Shown here in pieces: positions 17,028 through 25,323 of a DNA stretch of 37,969 nt (the stretch's first letter is position 1; the number at the start of each line of letters is the position of its first letter). The stretch covers positions 1-37,969 of the forward strand of contig JAMPEO010000001.1 of the NCBI GenBank assembly GCA_023665105.1. The letters are read 5' to 3'. The translations under genes were made by a program, and so were the position numbers. The stretch is from Candidatus Gastranaerophilales bacterium. Its GTDB lineage: Bacteria; Cyanobacteriota; Vampirovibrionia; Gastranaerophilales; Gastranaerophilaceae. Under the pieces are notes generated by a model. The model made no database searches, was not told the origin of the DNA, and worked only from the letters and a program-made list of their open reading frames with translations.

Positions 17028-17355
17028 TTAGGTTTCCCCTCTCTGGATGGAGAGAATGTGTAGGGTGCAAAAAATTGTGCCAAAATTTTCTGTATAGAAA
17101 ACAATCACCTCTCCCGAATAATAAATAAAAAAATAATTTTATGTCCTCCGGACGGGGTCGCTTTGGTGGCAAAGCGACGCAAACCATCGGCACGCTTCCG
17201 TTCGCACGAGAATTGTATAAATCGATATTGAGTCAAAAAACTCGCATTATTTCTGAATGGTAAACGTATAACTTGTGAGCAATGCTCAGACAGTTTTGAC
17301 AATGAGTCTCTTTTACATTCTCGGCTCACTCCGCTATTGCCGACTTTTTATCTAA

Positions 17356-17447
17356 CTGTCGTGCTGAACTTGCGGGTTTTGCGTAGAGTGAGTGATGGAG
17401 TCACGAAACTCGAAGTGGTACGGAGCAAAACGAACAATAGTTTGCAA
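17356..17447. repeat. interspersed repeat unit X
   Basis: About 85% identical with one 1-nt indel to 14163-14253 (..CTGAAYTTGCGGRTTTTG.GTAGAGTGAGTGAYGRAGTYACGAAACTCGAAGT.G.ACGGAGCAAA..GAACAATAGTTTGCAA). Confidence 0.8.
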
Positions 17448-17527
17448 TATTAATCAGTAAGAGTTTGTTAATATATAGTTTTGGCACTTTGTTTTGTATA
17501 TAATATCCTTGCATATAGGAGTGGATA

Positions 17528-18373
17528 ATGAAAACAATTAAAATAACAAAAATGCAAGGCTGTGGAAATGATTTCGCAATAATCGATTATGACGAGTACC
17601 AAAAGACTGGCATGGATATGTCTGAACTTGCTAAAAAAATCTGTGACAGACATTTCGGAATAGGTGCAGACGGTATGATTATACCTGATACAACTACAAA
17701 AGAAACTGACATTGGCTGGTACTTCTACAACTCTGACGGTTCAACAGCACAAATGTGCGGGAACGGTATTAGATGTTTCGCCAAGTATGTTACTGATAAC
17801 GGATTGATTAACAAAAAAGTGTTTTCTGTAAAAACTGGTGCAGGAGTTATCAAACCCGAAATACTTGCTGATGGAAATGTTAAAGTTAATATGTCATCAC
17901 CGATTTTAGAACCTGAAAAAATCCCTTTTAAAGGTTCAGAAAATCTTAACCAATCTTTAAAAGCCAGTGATAGAACCTTTACAATCAATGCAGTATCTAT
18001 GGGAAATCCGCATTGTGTTATCTTTACCGATGAGGATGTTTATGAAATGGCAAAAACTTATGGACCAATGATTGAGTCGCACGAGCTTTTCCCTGAAAAA
18101 ACAAATGTTGAGTTTGTGAAAATTAAATCAAAAACAGAAGTAGATTTTTGTGTTTATGAACGTGGCTGTGGAATTACTCTTGCATGTGGAACGGGTGCTT
18201 GTGCCTCTGTTGTTGCTTCTGTTTTAAATAACTTAACAGAGTGTAAAGTTAAAGTTAATTTGCTTGGTGGGGCTGTAACCATTGATTGGAGCGAGCATGA
18301 GCAAAATATAAGCCAAAATATTTACTTGATTGGACCTGCTGAATATTCTTATTTTGCAGATTATATATTGTAA
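17528..18373 (+). CDS. dapF: diaminopimelate epimerase
   Basis: KMQGCGNDFAIID, NSDGSTAQMCGNGIRCF, ERGCGITLACGTGACAS (both catalytic Cys motifs). SD AGGAG lies upstream. Confidence 0.92.
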   Translation: MKTIKITKMQGCGNDFAIIDYDEYQKTGMDMSELAKKICDRHFGIGADGMIIPDTTTKETDIGWYFYNSDGSTAQMCGNGIRCFAKYVTDNGLINKKVFSVKTGAGVIKPEILADGNVKVNMSSPILEPEKIPFKGSENLNQSLKASDRTFTINAVSMGNPHCVIFTDEDVYEMAKTYGPMIESHELFPEKTNVEFVKIKSKTEVDFCVYERGCGITLACGTGACASVVASVLNNLTECKVKVNLLGGAVTIDWSEHEQNISQNIYLIGPAEYSYFADYIL

Positions 18374-18418
18374 TTTCCATGTTTATGGTACTATTTCAAT
18401 AAAAAAGGAGAAATATAA

Positions 18419-18718
18419 ATGAAACAATACGAATTATTAGTTATTTTTAAACCAAATGCTGATGCTGAAGAAGTTGATAAACTAATCGCAAAAGTTTCTT
18501 CTGATATCGAAGCTTTGGGCGGTAAAGCTGATTCTGTAGATAAAATCGGCAGAAAAAAACTTGCTTATGAAATTCAAAACTTTAGAGATGGTTTCTTCTC
18601 AAATATAGTTTTATCTTTAAATGAAGATAAAGTTGTTGAATTTAAACGTCAATTACGTTTGAACGACAGCATTTTGAGAACTATGTTTGTTGAAAAATCA
18701 GTAAAAGCAGGAGTATAA
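18419..18718 (+). CDS. rpsF: 30S ribosomal protein S6
   Basis: MKQYELLVIFKPN...IGRKKLAYEI pattern and the conserved rpsF-ssb-rpsR order. Confidence 0.92.
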   Translation: MKQYELLVIFKPNADAEEVDKLIAKVSSDIEALGGKADSVDKIGRKKLAYEIQNFRDGFFSNIVLSLNEDKVVEFKRQLRLNDSILRTMFVEKSVKAGV

Positions 18719-18719
18719 G

Positions 18720-19145
18720 ATGACATTAGCTAAGGCTGTTGTTTCCGGAACAGTTTTTAGAGCACCGGAAAAAAGATTTACTCAAAACGATGTTGCCGTT
18801 TATGGCTTGACATTGAATATTGATGAAAGAGAAGAAACTCTTGTTAGAGTTATTGCTAAACGTAAGGCTCTTGCAGATGTTTTGGATTCTGTAAAAAAAG
18901 GTGATAGAATACTTGTTGACGGTCGTTTGCAAGTAGCATCATCTAAAGCAGCTGATGGCTCAGATAGAAAATATTTTGAGATTGATGCTAACGAAATTGA
19001 GTTGATGGGTGGTTCTTCTCCTGTTGCTTCAAGTTCTTCATCTGCTCAGGTTTCAGCACCTGCACAGGAAGAAAGTTTGGTAACATTCTCGGAAACTGAT
19101 TATTCTGAAGATACTTTGATAGACGATGAAGAAATTCCGTTCTAA
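18720..19145 (+). CDS. ssb: single-stranded DNA-binding protein
   Basis: OB-fold N-terminus, Ser/Ala-rich linker and acidic tail DDEEIPF. Sits between rpsF and rpsR. Confidence 0.9.
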   Translation: MTLAKAVVSGTVFRAPEKRFTQNDVAVYGLTLNIDEREETLVRVIAKRKALADVLDSVKKGDRILVDGRLQVASSKAADGSDRKYFEIDANEIELMGGSSPVASSSSSAQVSAPAQEESLVTFSETDYSEDTLIDDEEIPF

Positions 19146-19206
19146 AAACTTCAGATAAAATAGAAAATAGTAATAGAAAATAAGGCTAGAAAGGCAAATT
19201 ATTAAA

Positions 19207-19437
19207 ATGGCAAAACAAGATCAAGACAGAAAAAAACGTAAGACTTGCAGCTTTTGTGCAGATCACATCGATTCTATTGATTACAAAGATGCTTCTAAAC
19301 TAAAAAGATACTTAACAGAAGCAGGTAAAATTATTCCTAGACGTGTTACAGGTAACTGTGCAGAACACCAAAGAATGATTGCAAAAGCTATCAAGAGAGC
19401 AAGAGAAGCTTCTATCATCGGATATACATTCGACTAG
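19207..19437 (+). CDS. rpsR: 30S ribosomal protein S18
   Basis: C.FC......IDYKD...L.RY.....KI.PRR.TG.C..HQR....AIKRAR signature. Confidence 0.95.
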   Translation: MAKQDQDRKKRKTCSFCADHIDSIDYKDASKLKRYLTEAGKIIPRRVTGNCAEHQRMIAKAIKRAREASIIGYTFD

Positions 19438-19468
19438 TTGCATTCTTGCAAATTCTAGAGTTTAATTA

Positions 19469-19494
19469 GAGGCGGGTAAAACCGCCTTTATTTA
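19469..19494 (+). terminator. rho-independent terminator after rpsR
   Basis: GGCGG (19471-19475) / CCGCC (19482-19486) stem followed by TTTATTT. Confidence 0.6.
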
Positions 19495-19522
19495 CGAAAG
19501 GCGAAATATAAAGGAAAATAAA

Positions 19523-19714
19523 ATGGATAATCAAATCACAATAAGATCAGACAGAGATACTGACTACACTTTTCAATATAAAGGTGAAGATGTTACATTA
19601 AAAGCTCGTGGTATTTTAAGTATCGCTGATGGTTTAGAACATGTTGTTCTTCCTACTTGTGCTATGAAAGTTATTAACAATCTTGTTATTATCAAACAAG
19701 ATGTAAAAGGCTAG
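19523..19714 (+). CDS. hypothetical small protein (63 aa)
   Basis: A stand-alone ORF with SD AAAGGA, flanked by terminators on both sides. No recognisable family. Confidence 0.5.
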   Translation: MDNQITIRSDRDTDYTFQYKGEDVTLKARGILSIADGLEHVVLPTCAMKVINNLVIIKQDVKG

Positions 19715-19740
19715 TATAAGAATTATAAATGTTATTTTGA

Positions 19741-19770
19741 AAACAGGTAGAAATTGTTCTACCTGTTTTT
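19741..19770 (+). terminator. rho-independent terminator
   Basis: AACAGGTAGA / TCTACCTGTT 10-bp stem followed by a T-run. Confidence 0.8.
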
Positions 19771-19792
19771 AGTTTAAAGTATAATATAGAGT

Positions 19793-20875
19793 ATGAAATT
19801 AAAGAGTTTACATCTGACAAATTTTAGAAATTGCGAAGACATATCTTTGGATATGAATAATGACAAAGTTATTATCATTGGCAAAAACGCTCAAGGTAAA
19901 ACTAATATACTGGAAGGTGTTTATTTCTTGTCAGCTTTAAAGTCTCCAAGAACATCTAATATAAAGGATTTTGTAAGGTTTGGTGAGGAAAGGTTTTCAC
20001 TGGAATGCGAGCTTAAAAAATCTGATACAGAGATAGAATTAGGAGTAGATTATACTCTTAACAAAACTAAGGTCTTAAAATTAAACGGACTTAAAACAAC
20101 ATCTAAGAATTATAAATCTGTATTGAATACAGTTTTGTTCTCTACACAGGATTTGTTATTGTTACGTGGTTCTCCGCAAGATAGACGTGATTGGCTGGAT
20201 TCTGCTATTTCTCAGATTTATCCTGCACATGATGAAAGATTATCTAAATATAACAAAATCAGAATACAAAAGAACAATCTGTTAAAAGAGCAAGAAATTA
20301 ACCAAACATTATTGGATGTTTTTAACGAGCAGTTGGTTATTGCAGGTGCGAATATTATATTTGTTCGTCAGAAGTTTTTATCAGAGTTGAAGAAACACGC
20401 TGTTGAAAAATATGCCGGAATATCGTCTGCTGAAAGTTTTGATTTTGAGTATAGTTTTCCATATTTTGAAATCGAGGAAATTGCAGAAAATTTAAAAAAA
20501 GAGTTAGCTGAGCGACGTGGTGAAGAGATTGCACGTCATCAATCTTGTGTCGGACCTCATCGTGATGATGTTTGTTTTTATCTTGATGGCAGAGATGCAA
20601 CAAAATTTGCATCACAAGGGCAGCATAGGACTGTTGTTCTGGCATTGAAACTTGCTGAAATAGAACTTATAATTCAGAAGAATGGGTATAGTCCGGTTCT
20701 TTTGTTAGATGATGTTCTTGCAGAATTGGATGATTTAAGGCAGAATTATCTTCTAAAATCTATCTCATCTGATACGCAAACTATTATCACATCAGTTGAT
20801 ACATTGCTGTTCGATGATGATTTTTTACGAAATGTTAAAATCTATAAAATAAAAGATGGTAAAATCATTGATTAG
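19793..20875 (+). CDS. recF: DNA replication/repair protein RecF
   Basis: L.L.NFRN......F......I.G.NAQGKTNILE (Walker A). The signature region FASQGQHRT and LLLDDVLAELD (Walker B) are present. Confidence 0.92.
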   Translation: MKLKSLHLTNFRNCEDISLDMNNDKVIIIGKNAQGKTNILEGVYFLSALKSPRTSNIKDFVRFGEERFSLECELKKSDTEIELGVDYTLNKTKVLKLNGLKTTSKNYKSVLNTVLFSTQDLLLLRGSPQDRRDWLDSAISQIYPAHDERLSKYNKIRIQKNNLLKEQEINQTLLDVFNEQLVIAGANIIFVRQKFLSELKKHAVEKYAGISSAESFDFEYSFPYFEIEEIAENLKKELAERRGEEIARHQSCVGPHRDDVCFYLDGRDATKFASQGQHRTVVLALKLAEIELIIQKNGYSPVLLLDDVLAELDDLRQNYLLKSISSDTQTIITSVDTLLFDDDFLRNVKIYKIKDGKIID

Positions 20876-20967
20876 AGAATATTTTGCGTATAAATTACTT
20901 AACATTTTGCCTTGAGAATATTATTGTGATAAACTAGTGTTGATAAGAGTATTGGGGAAGAGAGTCG

Positions 20968-22896
20968 TTGAACTCATTTAATATATTACGAAAAAGCTTA
21001 ATATTATTGTGTGCATTTTTTACACTAGCAACATCAGTGCACGCTGACGCAATTATCAACGGTGTTACGTCTGATTTTGGCTTGCCGTCTGCTTCTCCTG
21101 AAAATACTGATGGTACAATGCTTCTCCCTGATATTAAGGCTACCCCGTATATCAAAGATATTGAGATTTATGGTGTTAATGTTATAAAACCATCTGTTGT
21201 ATTGTCTCAAATGCAGATTCACAAAGGTGATCCGTTTGATGCTGATATGGTACAACGTGATTTAAAAACAATTTATCAGTTAGGTTTCTTTACTGAAAAG
21301 ATGCGTGCTATTCCTGTTGAAAATGCGGATGGTACAATCACATTAAAGATTTTATTAGAAGAAAATATTCCTGTTACGGACGTTACTATTGATGGGAATA
21401 CTGTTGTTTCATCAGAAGAGCTTATGCCTCTTGTAACCCCTCTTATCGGTAAACCCCAAAATATTGAGAATGTAAACGAAGTTATTGAGAAAATCAATGA
21501 ATGTTATGCTGCAAAAGGTTACATTCTTGCAAGAGTTGATACTATTTATGATGATCCTGACGGTACTATCAATATTGGTGTTAAAGAAGGTAAGATTAAC
21601 AAAATTCTTATTTCAGGAAACCAAAAAACCAAAGATTATGTTATTACCCGTAACATTTTGACAGAACCTGGTATGGTTTACAACGAAAACCAAATTAAAG
21701 AAGATTTGGTTCGATTGTATTCAACACAAGCATTCAAGGATGTTAACAGAAGTATTGATGTTTGTGCAGATGATCCTGACAGATATGATGTTACTATTAT
21801 GATTACTGAACAAAGAACAGCATCTATATCTATGGGTGGTGGTCTTGATTCAAGTACCGGTGTCTTCGGTTCATTAGGTATTAGTGATAACAACTTTAGA
21901 GGTTTAAATCAACGTGTATCTTTAAGTGGTTTGGTTGGTTCAGGTGTTATCATGAGTGATACAACTGTTAAAAATCACATGAATTTTCAGGCTGAGTTAA
22001 GCTTTTTCCAACCATACTTTTTGAATGCTGATACATCTTTGATGAGTAAAATCTTCTTTAGAGATTTCGGTAGTTACAATGTTCCGTTAGCTGTTGAAGA
22101 CAGAATTGGTATTGAAGCAAGTTTGTCACATAGGATGAAATACAATCCTCAATTATCTACTACATTGGCAGTAGGTGTTGAAAATATTGATGTTCGTGAA
22201 GGTGACAGAAGCAGAATTGTAAATATGTATCGTGCGAAACATGTTCCGATTTCTGAACGTGCAAAACAGTTGGAAGGCGGATTATTCTTAACAGTTAGTC
22301 CGGGATTGCGTTATGATTCAAGAGATTCAGCGCTTAACCCTAGAAACGGTGTGTTAGCTACTGCAAGATTCGACCAAGCTTTTGCACTTGATGAGTTTAA
22401 TAAAACTAATGGTAAATTGACAGGTATGATTAAAAGATTCTTCCCTGTTGCACGCAAGTCTTCATTATCACTTACTGCAAAAGCCGGCGGCAAAATATAT
22501 GGCGACAATATGCCTGAAGTTATGGCATATCGTTTAGGCGGACCTTATACTGTTAGAGGTTATAAAATCAATGGTGTAGGTACCGGTGATGCATTTGTGA
22601 TGGGTTCTGCTGAATTGGCTACTCCTGTTCTTTTCTTGGACAGACTTAAGGTTAACTTCTTCCAAAACCTACGTTTAACATTCTTTGTTGATGCAGGTAA
22701 AGTATTTGGTTCTTATCTGTCTGATAAATTGTATGACAGACCAATGGAAGCAGTTACTGCAGGTATTGGTTTGAAACTTTATATTCCTGGTGTAGGTCCG
22801 CTATCTGTTGATTATGGTATCCCTATTACCAGATGTGGTTCTTACGGAAACAAAAATGGTTACTTCACCTTTGGTGTAGGCGACATGATGTACTAA
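20968..22896 (+). CDS. bamA: outer membrane protein assembly factor BamA/Omp85 family
   Basis: TTG start, signal peptide ...ATSVHA-DA, POTRA-like repeats and a C-terminal Omp85 barrel (RGY, ...YFTFGVGDMMY terminal aromatic). At 642 aa it is shorter than five-POTRA proteobacterial BamA. Confidence 0.9.
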   Translation: MNSFNILRKSLILLCAFFTLATSVHADAIINGVTSDFGLPSASPENTDGTMLLPDIKATPYIKDIEIYGVNVIKPSVVLSQMQIHKGDPFDADMVQRDLKTIYQLGFFTEKMRAIPVENADGTITLKILLEENIPVTDVTIDGNTVVSSEELMPLVTPLIGKPQNIENVNEVIEKINECYAAKGYILARVDTIYDDPDGTINIGVKEGKINKILISGNQKTKDYVITRNILTEPGMVYNENQIKEDLVRLYSTQAFKDVNRSIDVCADDPDRYDVTIMITEQRTASISMGGGLDSSTGVFGSLGISDNNFRGLNQRVSLSGLVGSGVIMSDTTVKNHMNFQAELSFFQPYFLNADTSLMSKIFFRDFGSYNVPLAVEDRIGIEASLSHRMKYNPQLSTTLAVGVENIDVREGDRSRIVNMYRAKHVPISERAKQLEGGLFLTVSPGLRYDSRDSALNPRNGVLATARFDQAFALDEFNKTNGKLTGMIKRFFPVARKSSLSLTAKAGGKIYGDNMPEVMAYRLGGPYTVRGYKINGVGTGDAFVMGSAELATPVLFLDRLKVNFFQNLRLTFFVDAGKVFGSYLSDKLYDRPMEAVTAGIGLKLYIPGVGPLSVDYGIPITRCGSYGNKNGYFTFGVGDMMY

Positions 22897-22913
22897 TTTT
22901 TAGGAGGATAATT

Positions 22914-23363
22914 ATGAAAAAATTTACTGTAAGCTTATTAGTAGCTCTTTCAATGATAATGTTTTCAGGTGTTTCGTTTGCAGGTGGTCTTGGTTATGTA
23001 GACTATGAAAAAGTTATTGAAAACTGTTCATTTGCATTGAACGCTAAGAAAAAATTAGATTCAAAGGCTATTGAAATTAAACAATTTATGTTTGATAAAG
23101 AAAAAGAATATGAATCTATTCAATCTCCTGTTCAAAAACAAAATTTCCAAGATAAGGTTACTGCAGAACTTAAAACTAAACAAAACGATTATTTGAGAAT
23201 GCAAGCAAAAACTGAACAAGAAGTTTTTACAAAGATAAGAGATGTTGCAAAACAAGTAATGGTTGAACAAAAACTTGATGCTATTATTAGTGACAAAGCT
23301 GTGTTCTGTGGTGGTGTTGATGTAACCAATACGCTTATTGACAGATTAAAAGGTGTAAAATAG
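22914..23363 (+). CDS. skp: Skp/OmpH-family periplasmic chaperone
   Basis: ATG 22914 is preceded by TAGGAGG. Signal peptide MKKFTVSLLVALSMIMFSGVSFA, then a Lys/Glu/Gln coiled coil. Sits immediately downstream of bamA. The longer ORF start at 22833 overlaps bamA and was rejected. Confidence 0.8.
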   Translation: MKKFTVSLLVALSMIMFSGVSFAGGLGYVDYEKVIENCSFALNAKKKLDSKAIEIKQFMFDKEKEYESIQSPVQKQNFQDKVTAELKTKQNDYLRMQAKTEQEVFTKIRDVAKQVMVEQKLDAIISDKAVFCGGVDVTNTLIDRLKGVK

Positions 23364-23465
23364 GAGCAGGGGTAAATAAGGAGTAAATAAGATTTCTCCA
23401 TATCTAATACCTAAATAACTTTTACAGGTAAACTCTAACTTGAAATTTACAATGAAAGGGACGTA

Positions 23466-24926
23466 ATGTTTAGCAGAAATTTGGAATATATAATAAGAGA
23501 AGTTTCAACTGAAGATAGACAAGCTCTTCAAGATTTGCTTAATGAGATGTCATCTCAAGGTTGGGATTTATATACATTACACGAAGTTGAGATGGAAGAG
23601 GACTTTGTATATAGTTGTATTTTTATGCGTGAACGTCCTGCATCTGATGATAATGAAGTTTTTGACAAGGTTGTTAATGTGAAGAACTTCAAAGCTCAGA
23701 TGGAAAAAATGCTTTCTACTCAGCTTTCACCTTATGAAACTTGTAAAGATATAACCGCAAAAATTAGAGATCAAAAAGCCAGAGTTGCTAATATAAAATC
23801 TGAGATAGAAAAGGTTGACTGGTCTGACAGAGGTGCTTTGAATGAGCAAATGTCAGGGGCATTACGCAGATTGGAAGAGTTAAAGCAATCTTTGGTTAAG
23901 GAGATTTCTCCGGGTGTTATGTATTCAAGAATAGGAGAAGAAAAGTTTACTATAAACTTGGGAGAAGAGTTATTGGAGTTTGTCAGTCCTGATAATCAGA
24001 ATGATTTGTTATCAGAAACTGTTAAATCAAGACAGAAACTTACTGATGAGTTGGGTTATGTTATCCCAAGAATGGTTTTCCAAGATGATGATACACTAGA
24101 ACCTTATGAATTTAGTATCAAAGTTCACAATCTTGAGGTTTATAAATCTACTGCTGTGCCTGAACATATAGCATTCTTCAAGGATGATATCAATCTTAAA
24201 CGTAAGCCTGCGGGTACTATTGTCATAGATGATGTTATTACCGGAAAAGAGGTTTGGTGGATAGATGCTCAACAGGCTGAAGATTTCTGGGCAGATGGAT
24301 TTAATGCTGTTGAATATATTGCCAGAGCGATAGAATTTGTTTCTATTAAGTATGTTTCAGAATTGTTGGATTACAGTGATATTAACAGATATGTTACTTT
24401 GGTTGAACAACGTAATCCGTTTGTGATAAATAATATTATTCCTGATTTCATATCGTTGTCTGAACTTAAATACATTTTAATCAATTTGATTAGAGAAAGA
24501 ATTTCTATAAAGGATATTGATTATATATTTGAGAAGATAAACGATTTTTCTGATGAACTATCAAAAGATGGTTTGTTGGATAGAATAAGATTGTCGTTAT
24601 CAAAACATATTTCTCAACCTTATATTTCAGCAGAATCTACTCCTGTGATTGAGTTTTCCGGAGATACGTTGGATGAAATGTTCAAGCTGACAGAGGCTGA
24701 GGACGAAGCGATTATAAAGGTAGATGGAAAGGTTGCAGAAGATTTATCTAAAAAGATTGAGAAAGTAGCGAAAAAAGAGGAGTTAAAAGAAATTATCCTT
24801 GTTGTTCCTATGGAAATTAGACACATGACATTTGCAATTTTCTCTGAGTTTATAAATAATCTTACAGTTCTGGCACATGAGGAATTAACTTGTGAAACTA
24901 ATGTCAAAGTAATTGCGACTATATAG
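23466..24926 (+). CDS. soluble DUF4177-like + FlhA/SctV (FHIPEP) cytoplasmic-domain-like protein
   Basis: No TM segments. The N-terminus has LLNEMSSQGWDLYTLHEV (DUF4177 pattern). After a coiled coil, INLGEELLEFV...SRQKLTDELGYVIPRMVFQDDDTLEPYEFSIKVHNLEV and LSELKYILINLIRERISIKDIDYIFEKI parallel, from memory, FlhA LELGYGLIPLVD...IRKKFAQEMGF..P.V.IRDN..L.P..Y.I..KGVE and LQ.VLQNLL.E.VSIRD..TI.E. Confidence 0.8.
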   Translation: MFSRNLEYIIREVSTEDRQALQDLLNEMSSQGWDLYTLHEVEMEEDFVYSCIFMRERPASDDNEVFDKVVNVKNFKAQMEKMLSTQLSPYETCKDITAKIRDQKARVANIKSEIEKVDWSDRGALNEQMSGALRRLEELKQSLVKEISPGVMYSRIGEEKFTINLGEELLEFVSPDNQNDLLSETVKSRQKLTDELGYVIPRMVFQDDDTLEPYEFSIKVHNLEVYKSTAVPEHIAFFKDDINLKRKPAGTIVIDDVITGKEVWWIDAQQAEDFWADGFNAVEYIARAIEFVSIKYVSELLDYSDINRYVTLVEQRNPFVINNIIPDFISLSELKYILINLIRERISIKDIDYIFEKINDFSDELSKDGLLDRIRLSLSKHISQPYISAESTPVIEFSGDTLDEMFKLTEAEDEAIIKVDGKVAEDLSKKIEKVAKKEELKEIILVVPMEIRHMTFAIFSEFINNLTVLAHEELTCETNVKVIATI

Positions 24927-24949
24927 AATTATTAGTAAATAATAAGTAT

Positions 24950-24985
24950 AAAACGAGTCTTTTCCAATGATTAGGCTCGTTTTTA
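24950..24985 (+). terminator. weak hairpin terminator
   Basis: AAAACGAG...CTCGTTTTT: a short stem with a 15-nt loop and a T-run. Confidence 0.35.
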
Positions 24986-25234
24986 GATGTTGAAATTGCT
25001 TTAGTATTTGCGGTGAATGTTCTATCGTCATTTTCGGAAGTGCTAACTACAAAGTGACAAATCTTAACATTTCTGAAAAATCTTTATTGGCAAGGTGTTC
25101 GTATATATTTTTTATCTACAAAATATAGTTTTTATGGTGAAGGGGGTTGTAAAAAATAGAAAGATAGGTAATAATGTGTATATTACCCACTTGGATAATG
25201 TATTATGATGAAGTATTAACATGAGGATACATAT

Positions 25235-25300
25235 ATGAACCTTCTGCAACCGTTTAAAACCCCTGCTATTACTGTCTTTGAAAACTTCGGGGGGGGGTAG
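25235..25300 (+). other. SD-preceded ATG leader (21 codons), out of frame with the autotransporter ORF because of the G9 tract
   Basis: GAGGA lies 7 nt before ATG 25235. The translation MNLLQPFKTPAITVFENFGGG stops at TAG 25298-25300. With G10 or G7 it would read on into VAKSLISGLLLLFLCVIISPCAFA-AESS.... Confidence 0.7.
25289..25297 (+). repeat. homopolymeric G9 tract (candidate slipped-strand phase-variation switch)
   Basis: Counted directly: ..aaaacttcGG GGGGGGGtag... It is the longest G/C homopolymer I noticed in this AT-rich window. Confidence 0.9.
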
Positions 25301-25323
25301 CTAAAAGCCTTATCTCAGGTCTT

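Noticed and set aside
17144-17210. T-box leader or c-di-GMP-I (GEMM-I) riboswitch upstream of dapF
   Set aside because: Only short resemblances exist (TGGTGGCAAAGCG vs the T-box GGTGGTACCGCG; GACGCAAACCATCGG vs GACGCAAAGCCUCCGG). The specifier or second hairpin elements are missing, there is no terminator/antiterminator pair, and the element lies more than 300 nt from the dapF start with a repeat in between.
19715-20967. Replication origin near recF
   Set aside because: No cluster of DnaA boxes (TTATCCACA/TGTGGATAA) and no dnaA or dnaN nearby. The only near match, GTGGATAAT at about 17519, is the dapF RBS region.
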